A DNA stretch of 62,364 bases, counting the filler, from Sanchytrium tribonematis (lineage: Eukaryota), in the NCBI GenBank assembly GCA_018985235.1. It is 14 parts of 14 records of this genome, joined end to end, with 100 filler letters (N's around TTAATTAATTAA, not from the genome) between each part and the next. Parts side by side here need not be neighbours in the genome. Positions count along the whole stretch, not along the records: positions 1 to 21,557 come from JADGIG010000090.1; 13 more parts are not named here. The stretch is one strand, 5' to 3'. Both the position numbers and the translations under genes were made by a program. Below the pieces are notes generated by a model. The model worked only from the letters and a program-made list of their open reading frames with translations, did no database searches and was not told the origin of the DNA. Shown piece by piece: positions 9,818-19,918 of the stretch (positions are counted from its first letter, which is position 1; every line of letters starts with the position of its first letter).

Positions 9818-12445
9818 TCACAAAATTGTAGTGCCAATAGTAGAATCAATAACATCTTGAAAAATTGAATTTGTTATAAAATTTAGTAGATTTTCTTTTT
9901 CTTGATTGAATGCATCCCAACTCTTTTCTTCTAATTTGACTTCATCCATCAAAACTTCATCAAAAAACTCGTCTGCTCTGTAAGATAACCAGACTTCTAC
10001 TTTTTTCTTTAATTCTCTTGATATCCTTTCTTTAGATATTGTCGGACTTTTAAAATGGGTCCAAATTTCTTGAAAAGCCTCCGCAATCAAGTCTAAAATA
10101 ATCATTGTATCTGATCCATTTGCAACAACTCGATTACTAATAACTGGGAAATTGATTGCAGTCATATCATCTGGCATATCTTCAAACATTAAATTGATAA
10201 GATTCTGTATTGAATCAACGTCAAATGAGACTTGAATTTCTTTGGAAACATATTTTGCGGCCAACATATCATTGACAGCTTCCTCTAAGATAATTTCGAA
10301 TACTCCATCGCAGACCAAAGTCATCTTGTCGCTATTAGCTAGGGATGAGTCATCAATCAGGCTTTCACCTTTCTGGGAATTAAGCGATGAATTTCTAGAT
10401 GAGTTTTGTGACAATTCCCTAGAATTGGATAAAAAGACTTTCTCTACTATGTTTTCTATATTTCTTTCTACCTCAAAAACGTCAAGCTTTGGCTTACTTG
10501 AAGGCCAAAGTGTTTGCTCAATCGGGTTTTCGATACTTTCATTAAAATTGCCTTTTAACATTTCAGCAATGGAATCTTCAATTTGAGAAAGTCTGTCCTT
10601 CAGTTGGACTTCTTGCTCTCTCATTTTCAACTTGCGTTCCCGCTTTCTTTTTTGTTTTTCAAGGTCTAATTCCTGTTGTTCTTTTAATTTGGATTCGATA
10701 TCAAATTTAAGCTTATTCACTCTACCTTTGACTACTGAAGTGTCGGTCGTAATGTCTTCCAATACTTCGTGTGTTTGGGAAATTGACTCGAAGTCGGGCA
10801 AGTATATATTTTCGATTTCTCTCACTGGTTGCCTTTCCAAATCTTTTGTTGCATTCGTAATATTTGACAGGTCCAATGCAGCTGAAATTAACGAGTCAAT
10901 TTGAGAAGCTACTGAGTCTTTGCTTATTGTATCTGGTGAATAACTTCTAGGGGAGCTGTAAATGGGAACACTTTCTGTTTTCTGATTTGATAAAAATTCT
11001 CCAGCCTTTATCAATTCTGAAATTGAATTTTCTCTTTGCGAATTATTTTGGGCACTAAATTCGTTACGGATATTATCTTCAAATTCAATCATTTCAGGAA
11101 TGGTTTTCCTGGATAAAATTTTCTCTTCGCTTCTAAAATCCAAGGGATGATCCCAACCTATTTCATTGGCCTCGGTTTGAGTCCCTTCAGATTTGTCTTC
11201 TTGGAAAGTTTGAACACTTTCGTTCTCGGTGGAGCACTTTTGTTGTAGGTGAAATTCTGAAATTTCAGATAAATCGGTGATATCAGGTGTTGTAAAATTA
11301 TCAACCAATATTTTGGTTTCTAGAATGGATTTTAGAAGAGAAACTATCTTGTTAGAATCATTAGAAGATTTAATATCATATTTTAAAAGACGTTCTAAGC
11401 CAGTCGCAATTAAGTACTTCGGATCATTCATATTCAAATCGAAAACTTGCTGAAATTCCGTAGTATTTTTTAAGCTTTTAAGTGAATCGTTGGACTCAAA
11501 TAAATTATTATAGATCTCGGAGAGACCGGATTTCATGTCTTGTGGTTCTAAATTGAATAATACTCGACTTTCAGTAGATGTTATCATAATATCGGATTCA
11601 GATTCAATACGTTTCTTCCGCAGGATATCTTTCTTATTTACCAATATGGGAAGTGACTGCTTTGGTTCATTATCTGAAATAGAACTCAGGTCACTGACGC
11701 TCGTGCTATGCGGTAATTCTTTTGGAGTGTATTTCTCAAATTTACCTGCAGAAGTCTTTAGAACGGATTTACTCTGCAAAATTTGATACGCGCTTTTGCA
11801 TTTGGCATCAATGTAATTTATGTTTTTGATTCGTAATGATGATGAAGATTCGTCATAATGAGCTACACAATCAGTTTGGTCAACAGTTTCCTCTGATAAA
11901 GTGTCGTCATCGTCACTTGATACCTGGCCATCAACAAGGCTAGTATGCAAGGAAAGCTCAAATTGATGGTGGGGATATGTGGGTTTTGTTATCAGATGCT
12001 GAACCTTTGATGACAAGGATTTTGATAGAAATATTATATTTTGGAGCTTCTGATCTATTACGGCGCTAGTTTTTATCAATTCTGGATCCAGATTCATTTT
12101 TGTGATTGATTTTGGATAACTCTTCAACCTTCTATTGCTTTTTAATCTCGGGAGTGCTGTGTATATTGGAATCAAATTTGGCGATTGGATAATTTTTTCA
12201 CTCAATACATTGGTGGAATTTGACTCTGTCTTTAACATTTGAGGTTTTTTTTTGTAAGGATGATTTCTTTTTTTCATTTTAGATAATTGTTCTCTTCTAT
12301 ACTGCTCCAATTGAAAAAGTCTCTCCCTGATTATTTCTTTATTCTTTTGTTTGTCCGTGATATCAATTAGTTTGGGCTTACTAGTCAATATTGGCTGAGA
12401 TGGAATGAATGAGAGCGTTTTCGAAACTCGTTTTTTTTCAAGCAT
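9818..12445 (-). CDS. CEP350-like centrosomal coiled-coil protein (DUF4378-type C terminus)
   Basis: C-terminal DEVLMDEVKLEEKSWDAFNQEK...ITNSIFQDVIDST resembles the CEP350 tail; remainder is low complexity or coiled coil. Confidence 0.55.
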   Translation of the reverse strand: MLEKKRVSKTLSFIPSQPILTSKPKLIDITDKQKNKEIIRERLFQLEQYRREQLSKMKKRNHPYKKKPQMLKTESNSTNVLSEKIIQSPNLIPIYTALPRLKSNRRLKSYPKSITKMNLDPELIKTSAVIDQKLQNIIFLSKSLSSKVQHLITKPTYPHHQFELSLHTSLVDGQVSSDDDDTLSEETVDQTDCVAHYDESSSSLRIKNINYIDAKCKSAYQILQSKSVLKTSAGKFEKYTPKELPHSTSVSDLSSISDNEPKQSLPILVNKKDILRKKRIESESDIMITSTESRVLFNLEPQDMKSGLSEIYNNLFESNDSLKSLKNTTEFQQVFDLNMNDPKYLIATGLERLLKYDIKSSNDSNKIVSLLKSILETKILVDNFTTPDITDLSEISEFHLQQKCSTENESVQTFQEDKSEGTQTEANEIGWDHPLDFRSEEKILSRKTIPEMIEFEDNIRNEFSAQNNSQRENSISELIKAGEFLSNQKTESVPIYSSPRSYSPDTISKDSVASQIDSLISAALDLSNITNATKDLERQPVREIENIYLPDFESISQTHEVLEDITTDTSVVKGRVNKLKFDIESKLKEQQELDLEKQKRKRERKLKMREQEVQLKDRLSQIEDSIAEMLKGNFNESIENPIEQTLWPSSKPKLDVFEVERNIENIVEKVFLSNSRELSQNSSRNSSLNSQKGESLIDDSSLANSDKMTLVCDGVFEIILEEAVNDMLAAKYVSKEIQVSFDVDSIQNLINLMFEDMPDDMTAINFPVISNRVVANGSDTMIILDLIAEAFQEIWTHFKSPTISKERISRELKKKVEVWLSYRADEFFDEVLMDEVKLEEKSWDAFNQEKENLLNFITNSIFQDVIDSTIGTTIL

Positions 12446-12587
12446 CTTTGGCCTGATTCAAAACACTAACTTTGCTAAGCATTTGAATAAGGAACGAGGC
12501 AGGTTGTAAATTTTGTTTTAGAAATCGCATTACATTATTTGGAATTAGTTAAACACTTGGAGCACAAATTTATTAAGCATATTTTAT

Positions 12588-13106
12588 CTAGGGTTTTAAT
12601 TTAAACAATTCCTTTTGGTATACTCTTTTGATTGTCGGCTTTCGTAACTTGTTAGCCTCTGATGGTTTGGGAAATCTTATTCTTTTTCGAAAGTTTCTAA
12701 CTTTTAAGGACTCCATCAAATTAACTTTTTCATCCCAGGAATGTTCTGGACAGACATAAACATGTTTTAGCGTATCATACGAGCTGGTAGTTATCATATG
12801 TCCGCAGGGACACTGATCCTTAAAGTTCCACAATTGTTTTACTTTCTCTCTACATTCTATAGAGTCGATTTTGTCTTTGTCCAGCAAAGTGCGGTCCCAA
12901 GTAATGTTTGGGGGAAACTGCGTTTTCATTGAGCTGCTTTTGAAATTCTTATGACTTTTGAGATTTAAAATCAATTTGTCTAAGGCACTTACATGATGAC
13001 ACTTTCTATAATGTCTAGTGTATCTAGATTGATCTTTATTTTGTGTGCCGCAAATGCACTTAAAATTAAGGCTATGCACTGCAGATTTTTCAACCACGCC
13101 CAGCAT
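12588..13106 (-). CDS. small protein with two CxC...H...C zinc-finger-like repeats
   Basis: CICG..RYTRHYRKC and CPCG..TLKHVYVC, each followed by a similar helix (DKL/DEKV); first ATG at 13106. Confidence 0.55.
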   Translation of the reverse strand: MLGVVEKSAVHSLNFKCICGTQNKDQSRYTRHYRKCHHVSALDKLILNLKSHKNFKSSSMKTQFPPNITWDRTLLDKDKIDSIECREKVKQLWNFKDQCPCGHMITTSSYDTLKHVYVCPEHSWDEKVNLMESLKVRNFRKRIRFPKPSEANKLRKPTIKRVYQKELFKLKP

Positions 13107-13136
13107 TGTATTTTCAAGGAGAACTTGCAAGAAAAT

Positions 13137-15011
13137 ATGAAAGAGATAGACGTCTTCGAAAAATATATCTCTAGAAAAGGTTATAGCGAAGATGAAATTG
13201 GAAAATATAAAAGCATATCTACAAAGTATTTTGCTTTCTGCAAAGACAATAATTTAAAAATCAATAGCTCATCAAAGCCTGCCCTACATGAACAAATTGT
13301 CAAATTTATTCAATCCATTGACAGGTCCGAAGTATCGAATATACACGGATTAGATCTACTTATGCAATTTTACGGAACGGAATTTGCCCTTGATGATCCA
13401 TCAGTCATTGCTGCAATTGAGGGTGGCTTTGAAAGCATTATTGATCCTTTTGCCAACTTTGATCCTGAAAAACGTCAGGTTCTCACTTCAATTGCTCAAA
13501 AAATTAATATTGATCCTCGAAGTTTTCCAGTCGATGTGATTGATAATATACCAGATTTTGAGATTTTTGAAAATATATTAGCTGCCAAACCAGACATTTC
13601 GTTAGAGAAGCAATTGGACTTAATCAATTTGATTATCCAAAAGTTAAATTACGCTTCAATGTTCACTCACATACCTACCAAATTAAACACACCAAACTTA
13701 CATCCCTCAAGCTATTTTTTTGACAAACATGGAGGGAAACACTATTATTTTTATTTCGATTTTGACAGCCATAGCTTTTATGTGTCATTTTGTAAGTTAC
13801 CACACTCGGGAGAAACATTTATAATCTTTGATACCAAATATCAAAAAATCCAAGTTATTCATTCCTTAGCTATTCTTTATTTGCTGTCGATTGGCAAATT
13901 TAGTCGGATTATAGACCTTCGAATTGTCTTCTATTATAAAGAATCGGAAAATTGTTATGTAAACTTTTTATTTCTTTATTTAATTTTTCGTGGACTTTCC
14001 GAAAAACGCCTTGATCAGACTATAATGTTTCCAAATCTAGCCAAAGACAATGCAGATGTGAGTAAGTACCTTTTGCGATTAATATTGGATCAGAGTACTG
14101 ACAGTTTTACTATGGATGATTGGATTGATGCTGAATTGTACAAAGTTGCAATAACAGAGTCGGAACTTCAAAAATTTAGATCGGCCGAAAATTTTCAAAA
14201 GCTCTCTGATTATCAATCCTTATTTGATATTAAAATCGATTCCAACATAAATGAAATCCAGATCGATTCCAAATCTGAAAATTTGGTGGGTATAGATCAA
14301 ACCCAAGACAATACTGTTTTAGATTTGACAAACATCTCTGATTCGGGTTCTTCGGAAGATCCAACATTACAAATTCTTCGACGAAATCCCGAATCGCAAA
14401 ATTTCCCTAACAAACGAAGAAAACTTTCATTTGATCAAAAAAGTATAACTTCTCCAATAATATCAAATCAATTGAACTCCAACACATCTTCTACAGATTC
14501 TACTTATTCAAGTCAAATTCATGATGCTTCACCCGTTAGTGATTTAAGTCCCAACAAATACAATTCTAGTCCAGCCATGGCGACAACTGAAATGGGTCGC
14601 AGTCCCAGCAAATTTGAGATAACAGAGGCTTTTTCAAAGCAATCAGAAGCTTCAGGAAAATCAAAGCGTCAAATAGCAAAAGTTGATGACGCTTTTCAAA
14701 AGTACACTCAACCAAGTCCCAAAAAGGTTCAAGATAGCTGTAAAAAACAAATTACTAATTTTGTTGATAAAGAGAAGGATAAATCGTCTTTGTCAAGCAA
14801 TTATAATGCCTTCCAACTCAAAAATATGGTCACCAAATCAGCGTTTGGTTTTGAATTTGAGGGAAAAATCATAACTTTGGACCAAGCAGAGGCATTAGAA
14901 AGTGAAATGCTGCTTGAGGCAGAAATTTTAGAAACGGAAATTAAAAATTTGCTTCAAGCTTCTAACAACATCAGTTTTGTAGAAACGATTGAACAATTTG
15001 TAAATCAATAA
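13137..15011 (+). CDS. putative Crypton/Ndc10-like tyrosine-recombinase-derived DNA-binding protein with a Ser-rich tail
   Basis: FEKYISRKGYSEDEIGKYKSISTKYFAFC resembles an integrase core-binding helix; YKESENCYVNFLFLYLIFR resembles the Ndc10/Crypton CPxxALAxYLxxR motif; NLS-like PNKRRK. The ORF is secure, the family call is tentative. Confidence 0.4.
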   Translation: MKEIDVFEKYISRKGYSEDEIGKYKSISTKYFAFCKDNNLKINSSSKPALHEQIVKFIQSIDRSEVSNIHGLDLLMQFYGTEFALDDPSVIAAIEGGFESIIDPFANFDPEKRQVLTSIAQKINIDPRSFPVDVIDNIPDFEIFENILAAKPDISLEKQLDLINLIIQKLNYASMFTHIPTKLNTPNLHPSSYFFDKHGGKHYYFYFDFDSHSFYVSFCKLPHSGETFIIFDTKYQKIQVIHSLAILYLLSIGKFSRIIDLRIVFYYKESENCYVNFLFLYLIFRGLSEKRLDQTIMFPNLAKDNADVSKYLLRLILDQSTDSFTMDDWIDAELYKVAITESELQKFRSAENFQKLSDYQSLFDIKIDSNINEIQIDSKSENLVGIDQTQDNTVLDLTNISDSGSSEDPTLQILRRNPESQNFPNKRRKLSFDQKSITSPIISNQLNSNTSSTDSTYSSQIHDASPVSDLSPNKYNSSPAMATTEMGRSPSKFEITEAFSKQSEASGKSKRQIAKVDDAFQKYTQPSPKKVQDSCKKQITNFVDKEKDKSSLSSNYNAFQLKNMVTKSAFGFEFEGKIITLDQAEALESEMLLEAEILETEIKNLLQASNNISFVETIEQFVNQ

Positions 15012-15056
15012 GGATTTCATAAAAATTTGGACCTTGAATAAACTATTATAATTTTA

Positions 15057-16355
15057 TTAAAGAATTCTTTTTTCGATCAATTTTGCCAAATTCATACCAG
15101 AGACTGACTGAGTTTCCATAGTTGATAATATTGGTTCAAAGGATGAAGCATAAAAAAGGTTTTTTGCAATCTCAATAGGCTGGACTTCGGGATTTGGATG
15201 TAATTTAGGGTAGGAGTAGTACTGTTGTATTTTTTCAAATTTAACATCTGTAAACATACGATGTGTCAAGTCTGGTATGCTTTGATTTGTAAACACTTTA
15301 TAAAGATGAGTTTTATCGCCCAAACGAATTTTTGATACAGATGTAAATTCGCAAGAGTACCTTAAACAGAAGATTGAATCTGGAACTTGCTTTAGTCCAA
15401 AGTAACTCGCATTTATATTCCCTTCCACTACCGTGATATATATTTTATAGTAGTCTATTTTTTTGATGTTTTTAATTTGAAAATCTACTTCAATCCCACT
15501 TAAAAAGAAATCTCCAGCTGCATGAACAATATAGTCATATTCGTATCTCCATTTTCCGTCAACTAATAAGTCATATCGAGAATCGTTCTTTGATATTTTC
15601 TTGACAGCTGATTTTGTGTGAACATTAGCGATGGAATTTGCAAGAAAACTTTCAAATATTTTAGAATTACCTCCATCAATGGTATATGAATTATCACTAA
15701 GAATGCCCACTAGACAACCTAATGCATGTGACTGATCCAGGTCCCTACCATAATTCACTAGCGTGGTCACCTCAGCTATCTCATTTTTAAAATTTTCACT
15801 GAGCCCAGCCAAGGCAATTCTTGCAGTTGTATTTAAAGTCTCCCATAGATCCAAGTCCCCCAACAATTTTCCAATATCATCAAATGAGTCGAGTTCATAG
15901 ATTTTTTTGTATTTGGCTGCTGCCTGGTCACCTAAATCTGTCCCTCGCTTTAATGAGTAACCATATCTCCAAAGCATCCTTATTTTCGTTAACCATCCGT
16001 AAGGTGATGACTCAAATACAAATTCCTTGCCATTGTAGAATCCAAAAGTTCCACTTTCATTTAAATATTTCAAATTGAATTTCTTACTTGCGTTAACTAA
16101 AATTGGATTTGAATCAACAAATATAGAAGCACCAAAATCCACCTTTATTCCACCGTTAAATGGGACTGCAATGCTATCCACTCGACCTCCAATTTTATCG
16201 CTCTTTTCAAACACATCAATCTGTAAATTTGTAGATTCTGAATCAAAATGGTGAGCAAATGAAGTACCTGCAGGACCGGCTCCGATGACTGCAATTTTGA
16301 CATCTTTCGTTTTAATATTCAATTGCAAGCTATTAGCCAAGGACAGGAAAAACAT
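15057..16355 (-). CDS. PCYOX1: prenylcysteine oxidase/lyase (FAD-dependent)
   Basis: KIAVIGAGPAG, FEKSDKIGGRV, DFGASIFV, FEPILSTMETQSVSGMNLA; start MFFLSLANS at 16355. Confidence 0.9.
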   Translation of the reverse strand: MFFLSLANSLQLNIKTKDVKIAVIGAGPAGTSFAHHFDSESTNLQIDVFEKSDKIGGRVDSIAVPFNGGIKVDFGASIFVDSNPILVNASKKFNLKYLNESGTFGFYNGKEFVFESSPYGWLTKIRMLWRYGYSLKRGTDLGDQAAAKYKKIYELDSFDDIGKLLGDLDLWETLNTTARIALAGLSENFKNEIAEVTTLVNYGRDLDQSHALGCLVGILSDNSYTIDGGNSKIFESFLANSIANVHTKSAVKKISKNDSRYDLLVDGKWRYEYDYIVHAAGDFFLSGIEVDFQIKNIKKIDYYKIYITVVEGNINASYFGLKQVPDSIFCLRYSCEFTSVSKIRLGDKTHLYKVFTNQSIPDLTHRMFTDVKFEKIQQYYSYPKLHPNPEVQPIEIAKNLFYASSFEPILSTMETQSVSGMNLAKLIEKRIL

Positions 16356-16374
16356 TTGTAACCTGGAGATTGAA

Positions 16375-18822
16375 ATGACAACCTTCTTCAGAAGAACGCT
16401 TTTGGAAATACCGAAAGCTATATTAAATATGCCAGTAGAAAAGGCTATCACCTCAAAACATGCATTGGATATGTGCGCCTTATATCTGAGTGATCAAAGA
16501 CTTAATATTTTTAATTGGCAAATGTATTATGATCGATTTCCAATTAGAAGCCTTTGGCCAATGCTCGTAAAAGATTGGAGTGACTCTTCAACTCTGCTGT
16601 TACTTTATTCGCACTTAGATGATTATCATGCTTTTCCTTTTGAATTTTTAAGAAAAGTCAAACCAATTAATTTAATGATGGGACATGCATTACTGGTGGC
16701 ATTGTCTCATTCTAGACAAATGTCGCTCAGTTTACAGACGAAATCAGTTAATATTAAAACAGTATTACATATGTTAATAAGTTGTGGCATTCCACTAACG
16801 GAAGTGACGATTCAACTTGCATTTGAAGCACTTGTTCGTAAAGTTGGATACACCACTAGGCTAGCAGAGAATCAAAATATTTTGAATCTTATAGAAGAAA
16901 TATCAATGATTCAACGTCGGTCAGGTGTTCCAAATTCTCACCAGATTGATATTGCCAAATTGAAAGTTTTAGGAAGCAATAAGGCATACAACGAAATGTT
17001 TGCGCATTTTGAAATTATGGAGACGAAAGATCAATTGGCTTATATTTATTTGTACAGATATTCTAGAATGTCTCTTGAATCTGCTAAACAATGCGCCGGG
17101 AAATATTTGGATGCTATTTTCTCGTTTATCAAGCCTAGCAAGGATCTGTTTTATCAAGCTTTTCGGGTGGCTAAGGAATCTGACTCAATTGACTATATTC
17201 CCAAGCTTTTAGATGCATATACTTCACAATATGAGATAACTCCTAGGCTTTACGATCTTTTAATTGGAATGCTTATGGTTCAATACGGTAAACTTGATTC
17301 TGTTGAGACTCTAATGAATGACATGCAAGCGCAAAATATTAACTTCAGTAACACCACTTACTACCATTTAATGACTTATCATAGCTCTGTCGATCCAAAT
17401 AGTCGTGATCTTAATAGCCTTATAACAATGATGAAGGAAAGAGACCATTCTGAACTCCCTCTTGAAGAATCAAATTTAGATCAAATTTATACGTCTACTA
17501 AAGCGAATCTACAGTCAGGCTTTTCAGTGTCATCTTTTTATGAATTTTTAAAATTTAGAAGAGATTTCCCAAATCAGAGCGTAGACCTAGAAAATCTTAT
17601 CCCTTCTGAGTATATCCATATGATCCCACCGCCGCCCCATTTGAGGAACCCTAATTTGGTTGCGTTTGACTCAAGTAATGCGATATATGACGCCAATTCT
17701 CCTTTAAATTCAATAAGGAGAAATATTAAGTGGGATCTAAATGGAAAGGAAGAAAACTTGTTTATATCAACTGAAAACTTTGTAAATGACAATACTCCTG
17801 CAACCATTCTTTCTAAAAAAGACTCGAAACACACTTCTGACACATCTTATGTAGAATTTGATGGTAGGATGTGCCTTAAGGTATTAAGGTGTCTCGCGCA
17901 GGAAAATAGATTACCTGGGGCATTGTATTATTGGTCTAGAATTTTGTCAGGTTTAAAAACCTCCATTGGTGGATATTATGTGTCTCGCTATGAGTCCTAT
18001 GATACAAATTATGATCCTTTGAAAAATTTATTGATCTCCACCAAATCTATATACAAAGATGACGAAAAACTTGAACTCAAGGAAAAATATTTAAAATATG
18101 TACCATATTGCGATAAAAATGTTACAAAATCACCATTAACTGCATTTTATCCGCGTCCATCTGGGCTACATTACCCTGTAACAGGATCCATTTATCTTCC
18201 TAGTGATTTGGTAAAAGCGACAGTATTGATTATTGATTATATTCATCGATATGAAGTGATGTCTGATTTTCAATATCCAGAATTAGATACTAGTGCATTT
18301 TTGAAACCAGATGTATTTAAAAATAGAAAAATTGACAATTGGCTAGGCAAACCAGTGTACTTGGATATAATTTACTCCAGCCTGGATGAATTTTCTGCTT
18401 TATGCAAAGAAAATCATAAATTCACCCGAATTCCGAATATAGAAGAGTACGAGTCTGTCCCTACCATACAGGATCCTGTACTACTTGGGCTGCTTTGTAG
18501 AAGGCTGTTTTTGGATACTATTGCTATAACTGTCGATACCTTTGATCAACCAAAAGATATTGCTCATTTTTCATGGTTTAAAGATTTATGTTATCGATTA
18601 TCCATACCCTCGATTCAATTTGAAAGGAAGTCTAGGCGGAATAACAATTATATTCTCAGGGAAGGTGATTATGGGAGTCTTGGTCTTACGGGTGATGTTA
18701 ATTCTATGCTAAAATCAATATTGCCAAAGGATAATGGTATATTCGACAAGGGCGCACCGGATTTTGACAAGGATGCCTACACGCATCATTCGAGTCAGAC
18801 TGCTCACAATACCGCCCAGTAA
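16375..18822 (+). CDS. helical-repeat (PPR-like) protein, probably mitochondrial
   Basis: MTTFFRRTLL presequence-like start; PPR-like units such as LYDLLIGMLMVQYGKLDSVETLMNDMQAQNINFSNTTYYHLM. Confidence 0.6.
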   Translation: MTTFFRRTLLEIPKAILNMPVEKAITSKHALDMCALYLSDQRLNIFNWQMYYDRFPIRSLWPMLVKDWSDSSTLLLLYSHLDDYHAFPFEFLRKVKPINLMMGHALLVALSHSRQMSLSLQTKSVNIKTVLHMLISCGIPLTEVTIQLAFEALVRKVGYTTRLAENQNILNLIEEISMIQRRSGVPNSHQIDIAKLKVLGSNKAYNEMFAHFEIMETKDQLAYIYLYRYSRMSLESAKQCAGKYLDAIFSFIKPSKDLFYQAFRVAKESDSIDYIPKLLDAYTSQYEITPRLYDLLIGMLMVQYGKLDSVETLMNDMQAQNINFSNTTYYHLMTYHSSVDPNSRDLNSLITMMKERDHSELPLEESNLDQIYTSTKANLQSGFSVSSFYEFLKFRRDFPNQSVDLENLIPSEYIHMIPPPPHLRNPNLVAFDSSNAIYDANSPLNSIRRNIKWDLNGKEENLFISTENFVNDNTPATILSKKDSKHTSDTSYVEFDGRMCLKVLRCLAQENRLPGALYYWSRILSGLKTSIGGYYVSRYESYDTNYDPLKNLLISTKSIYKDDEKLELKEKYLKYVPYCDKNVTKSPLTAFYPRPSGLHYPVTGSIYLPSDLVKATVLIIDYIHRYEVMSDFQYPELDTSAFLKPDVFKNRKIDNWLGKPVYLDIIYSSLDEFSALCKENHKFTRIPNIEEYESVPTIQDPVLLGLLCRRLFLDTIAITVDTFDQPKDIAHFSWFKDLCYRLSIPSIQFERKSRRNNNYILREGDYGSLGLTGDVNSMLKSILPKDNGIFDKGAPDFDKDAYTHHSSQTAHNTAQ

Positions 18823-18828
18823 ATATTA

Positions 18829-18990
18829 TTAATTGTCAACTAATTTGCCATGCTTAGCTTGTTGTTTTGCAATATCGTTTAGAACAAAATTGCTGCATTT
18901 TAAAATCCATGCAATCACAAGATCTTGCGTAAACCAAGCGATTAAATCCCTTATTTCTCTGGGAAGGCGTTTCTTCATCATTTTCACCAT
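18829..18990 (-). CDS. small ORF with an F-box-like LPxEI motif
   Basis: KRLPREIRDLIAWF; fills the gap between the PPR gene and RPN10. Confidence 0.3.
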   Translation of the reverse strand: MVKMMKKRLPREIRDLIAWFTQDLVIAWILKCSNFVLNDIAKQQAKHGKLVDN

Positions 18991-19056
18991 AAATTGTTTC
19001 AAAAATAACAAAATAGTAGAATTTTATATTTCAACAAATATCGGAGTTGAAACATA

Positions 19057-19918
19057 ATGTCTTCTTTGCAAGCTACTGTCGTCTTGGTTGATAATTCAAA
19101 TTGGATGAGAAATGGGGATTACTACCCTAGTAGATTCAGATCAACTTTAGATGTATTAAACTTGATATTTACAACTAAAACACAGCAACATCCAGAAAAT
19201 ACATTAGCCGTCATGACTGCCTCAAAACCTAGGGTACTTACAACATTTACAAACCAACTTGGGCCATTTTTAAGTGGTATTCATCACATGGACCTTGATG
19301 GAAACAACGAATTTTTAGATGCGCTTTTGGTTGCTCAACTGGCACTTAAGAATAGAACTAACAAGAATCAAAATCAATACATTCTCGCATTTGTGGGATC
19401 CCCATTGACCGACAGTAAAGACGATTTGATAAAAATGGCCAAAAAGCTGAAAAAAAATTCAATCGCAGTAGACGTGGTGTCTTTTGGAGAGATTAAAGAA
19501 AATCAAGAAAAGTTGGAAGCTTTTGTTGGAACCGTAAATAACAATGATAATAGGTCTTAATTATTTATATAGTCATTTGGTCCCAATTGAGCCATGTACC
19601 AACCTTTCTGATCAGTTGATACAAACTCCAATATTCGCAAATACTGCAATGCAGCAATTTGAGTTTGGAGTAGATCCTGATTTAGATCCTGAGCTCGCGA
19701 TGGCTCTCAAGCTTTCAATGGAGGAAGAAAAGGCCAGACAAGGCGGTGTAGATGTCAAAGAAGATGTTGTAATGGAAGAAATGGATCCCGAGTTGGCAAA
19801 GGCAATTCAGATGTCCATGCAAGATAATGAGATGTCCACCGATGAGGAGCTTCAAAAAGCACTAGAGATGTCAATGCAGCAAGATACCGATATGAAAGAT
19901 TCAAAAAATAAAAAGTAG
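19057..19918 (+). CDS. RPN10: 26S proteasome subunit Rpn10 (vWA plus UIMs); exons 19057-19553 and 19573-19918
   Basis: VDNSNWMRNGDYYPSR, FVGSP; spliced VNNNDNSHLVPIEP; FEFGVDPDLDPELAMALKLSMEEE. Confidence 0.96.
19554..19572 (+). other. 19-nt spliceosomal intron GTCTTAATTATTTATATAG
   Basis: GT-AG; removal restores the conserved Rpn10 SHLV motif. Confidence 0.9.
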
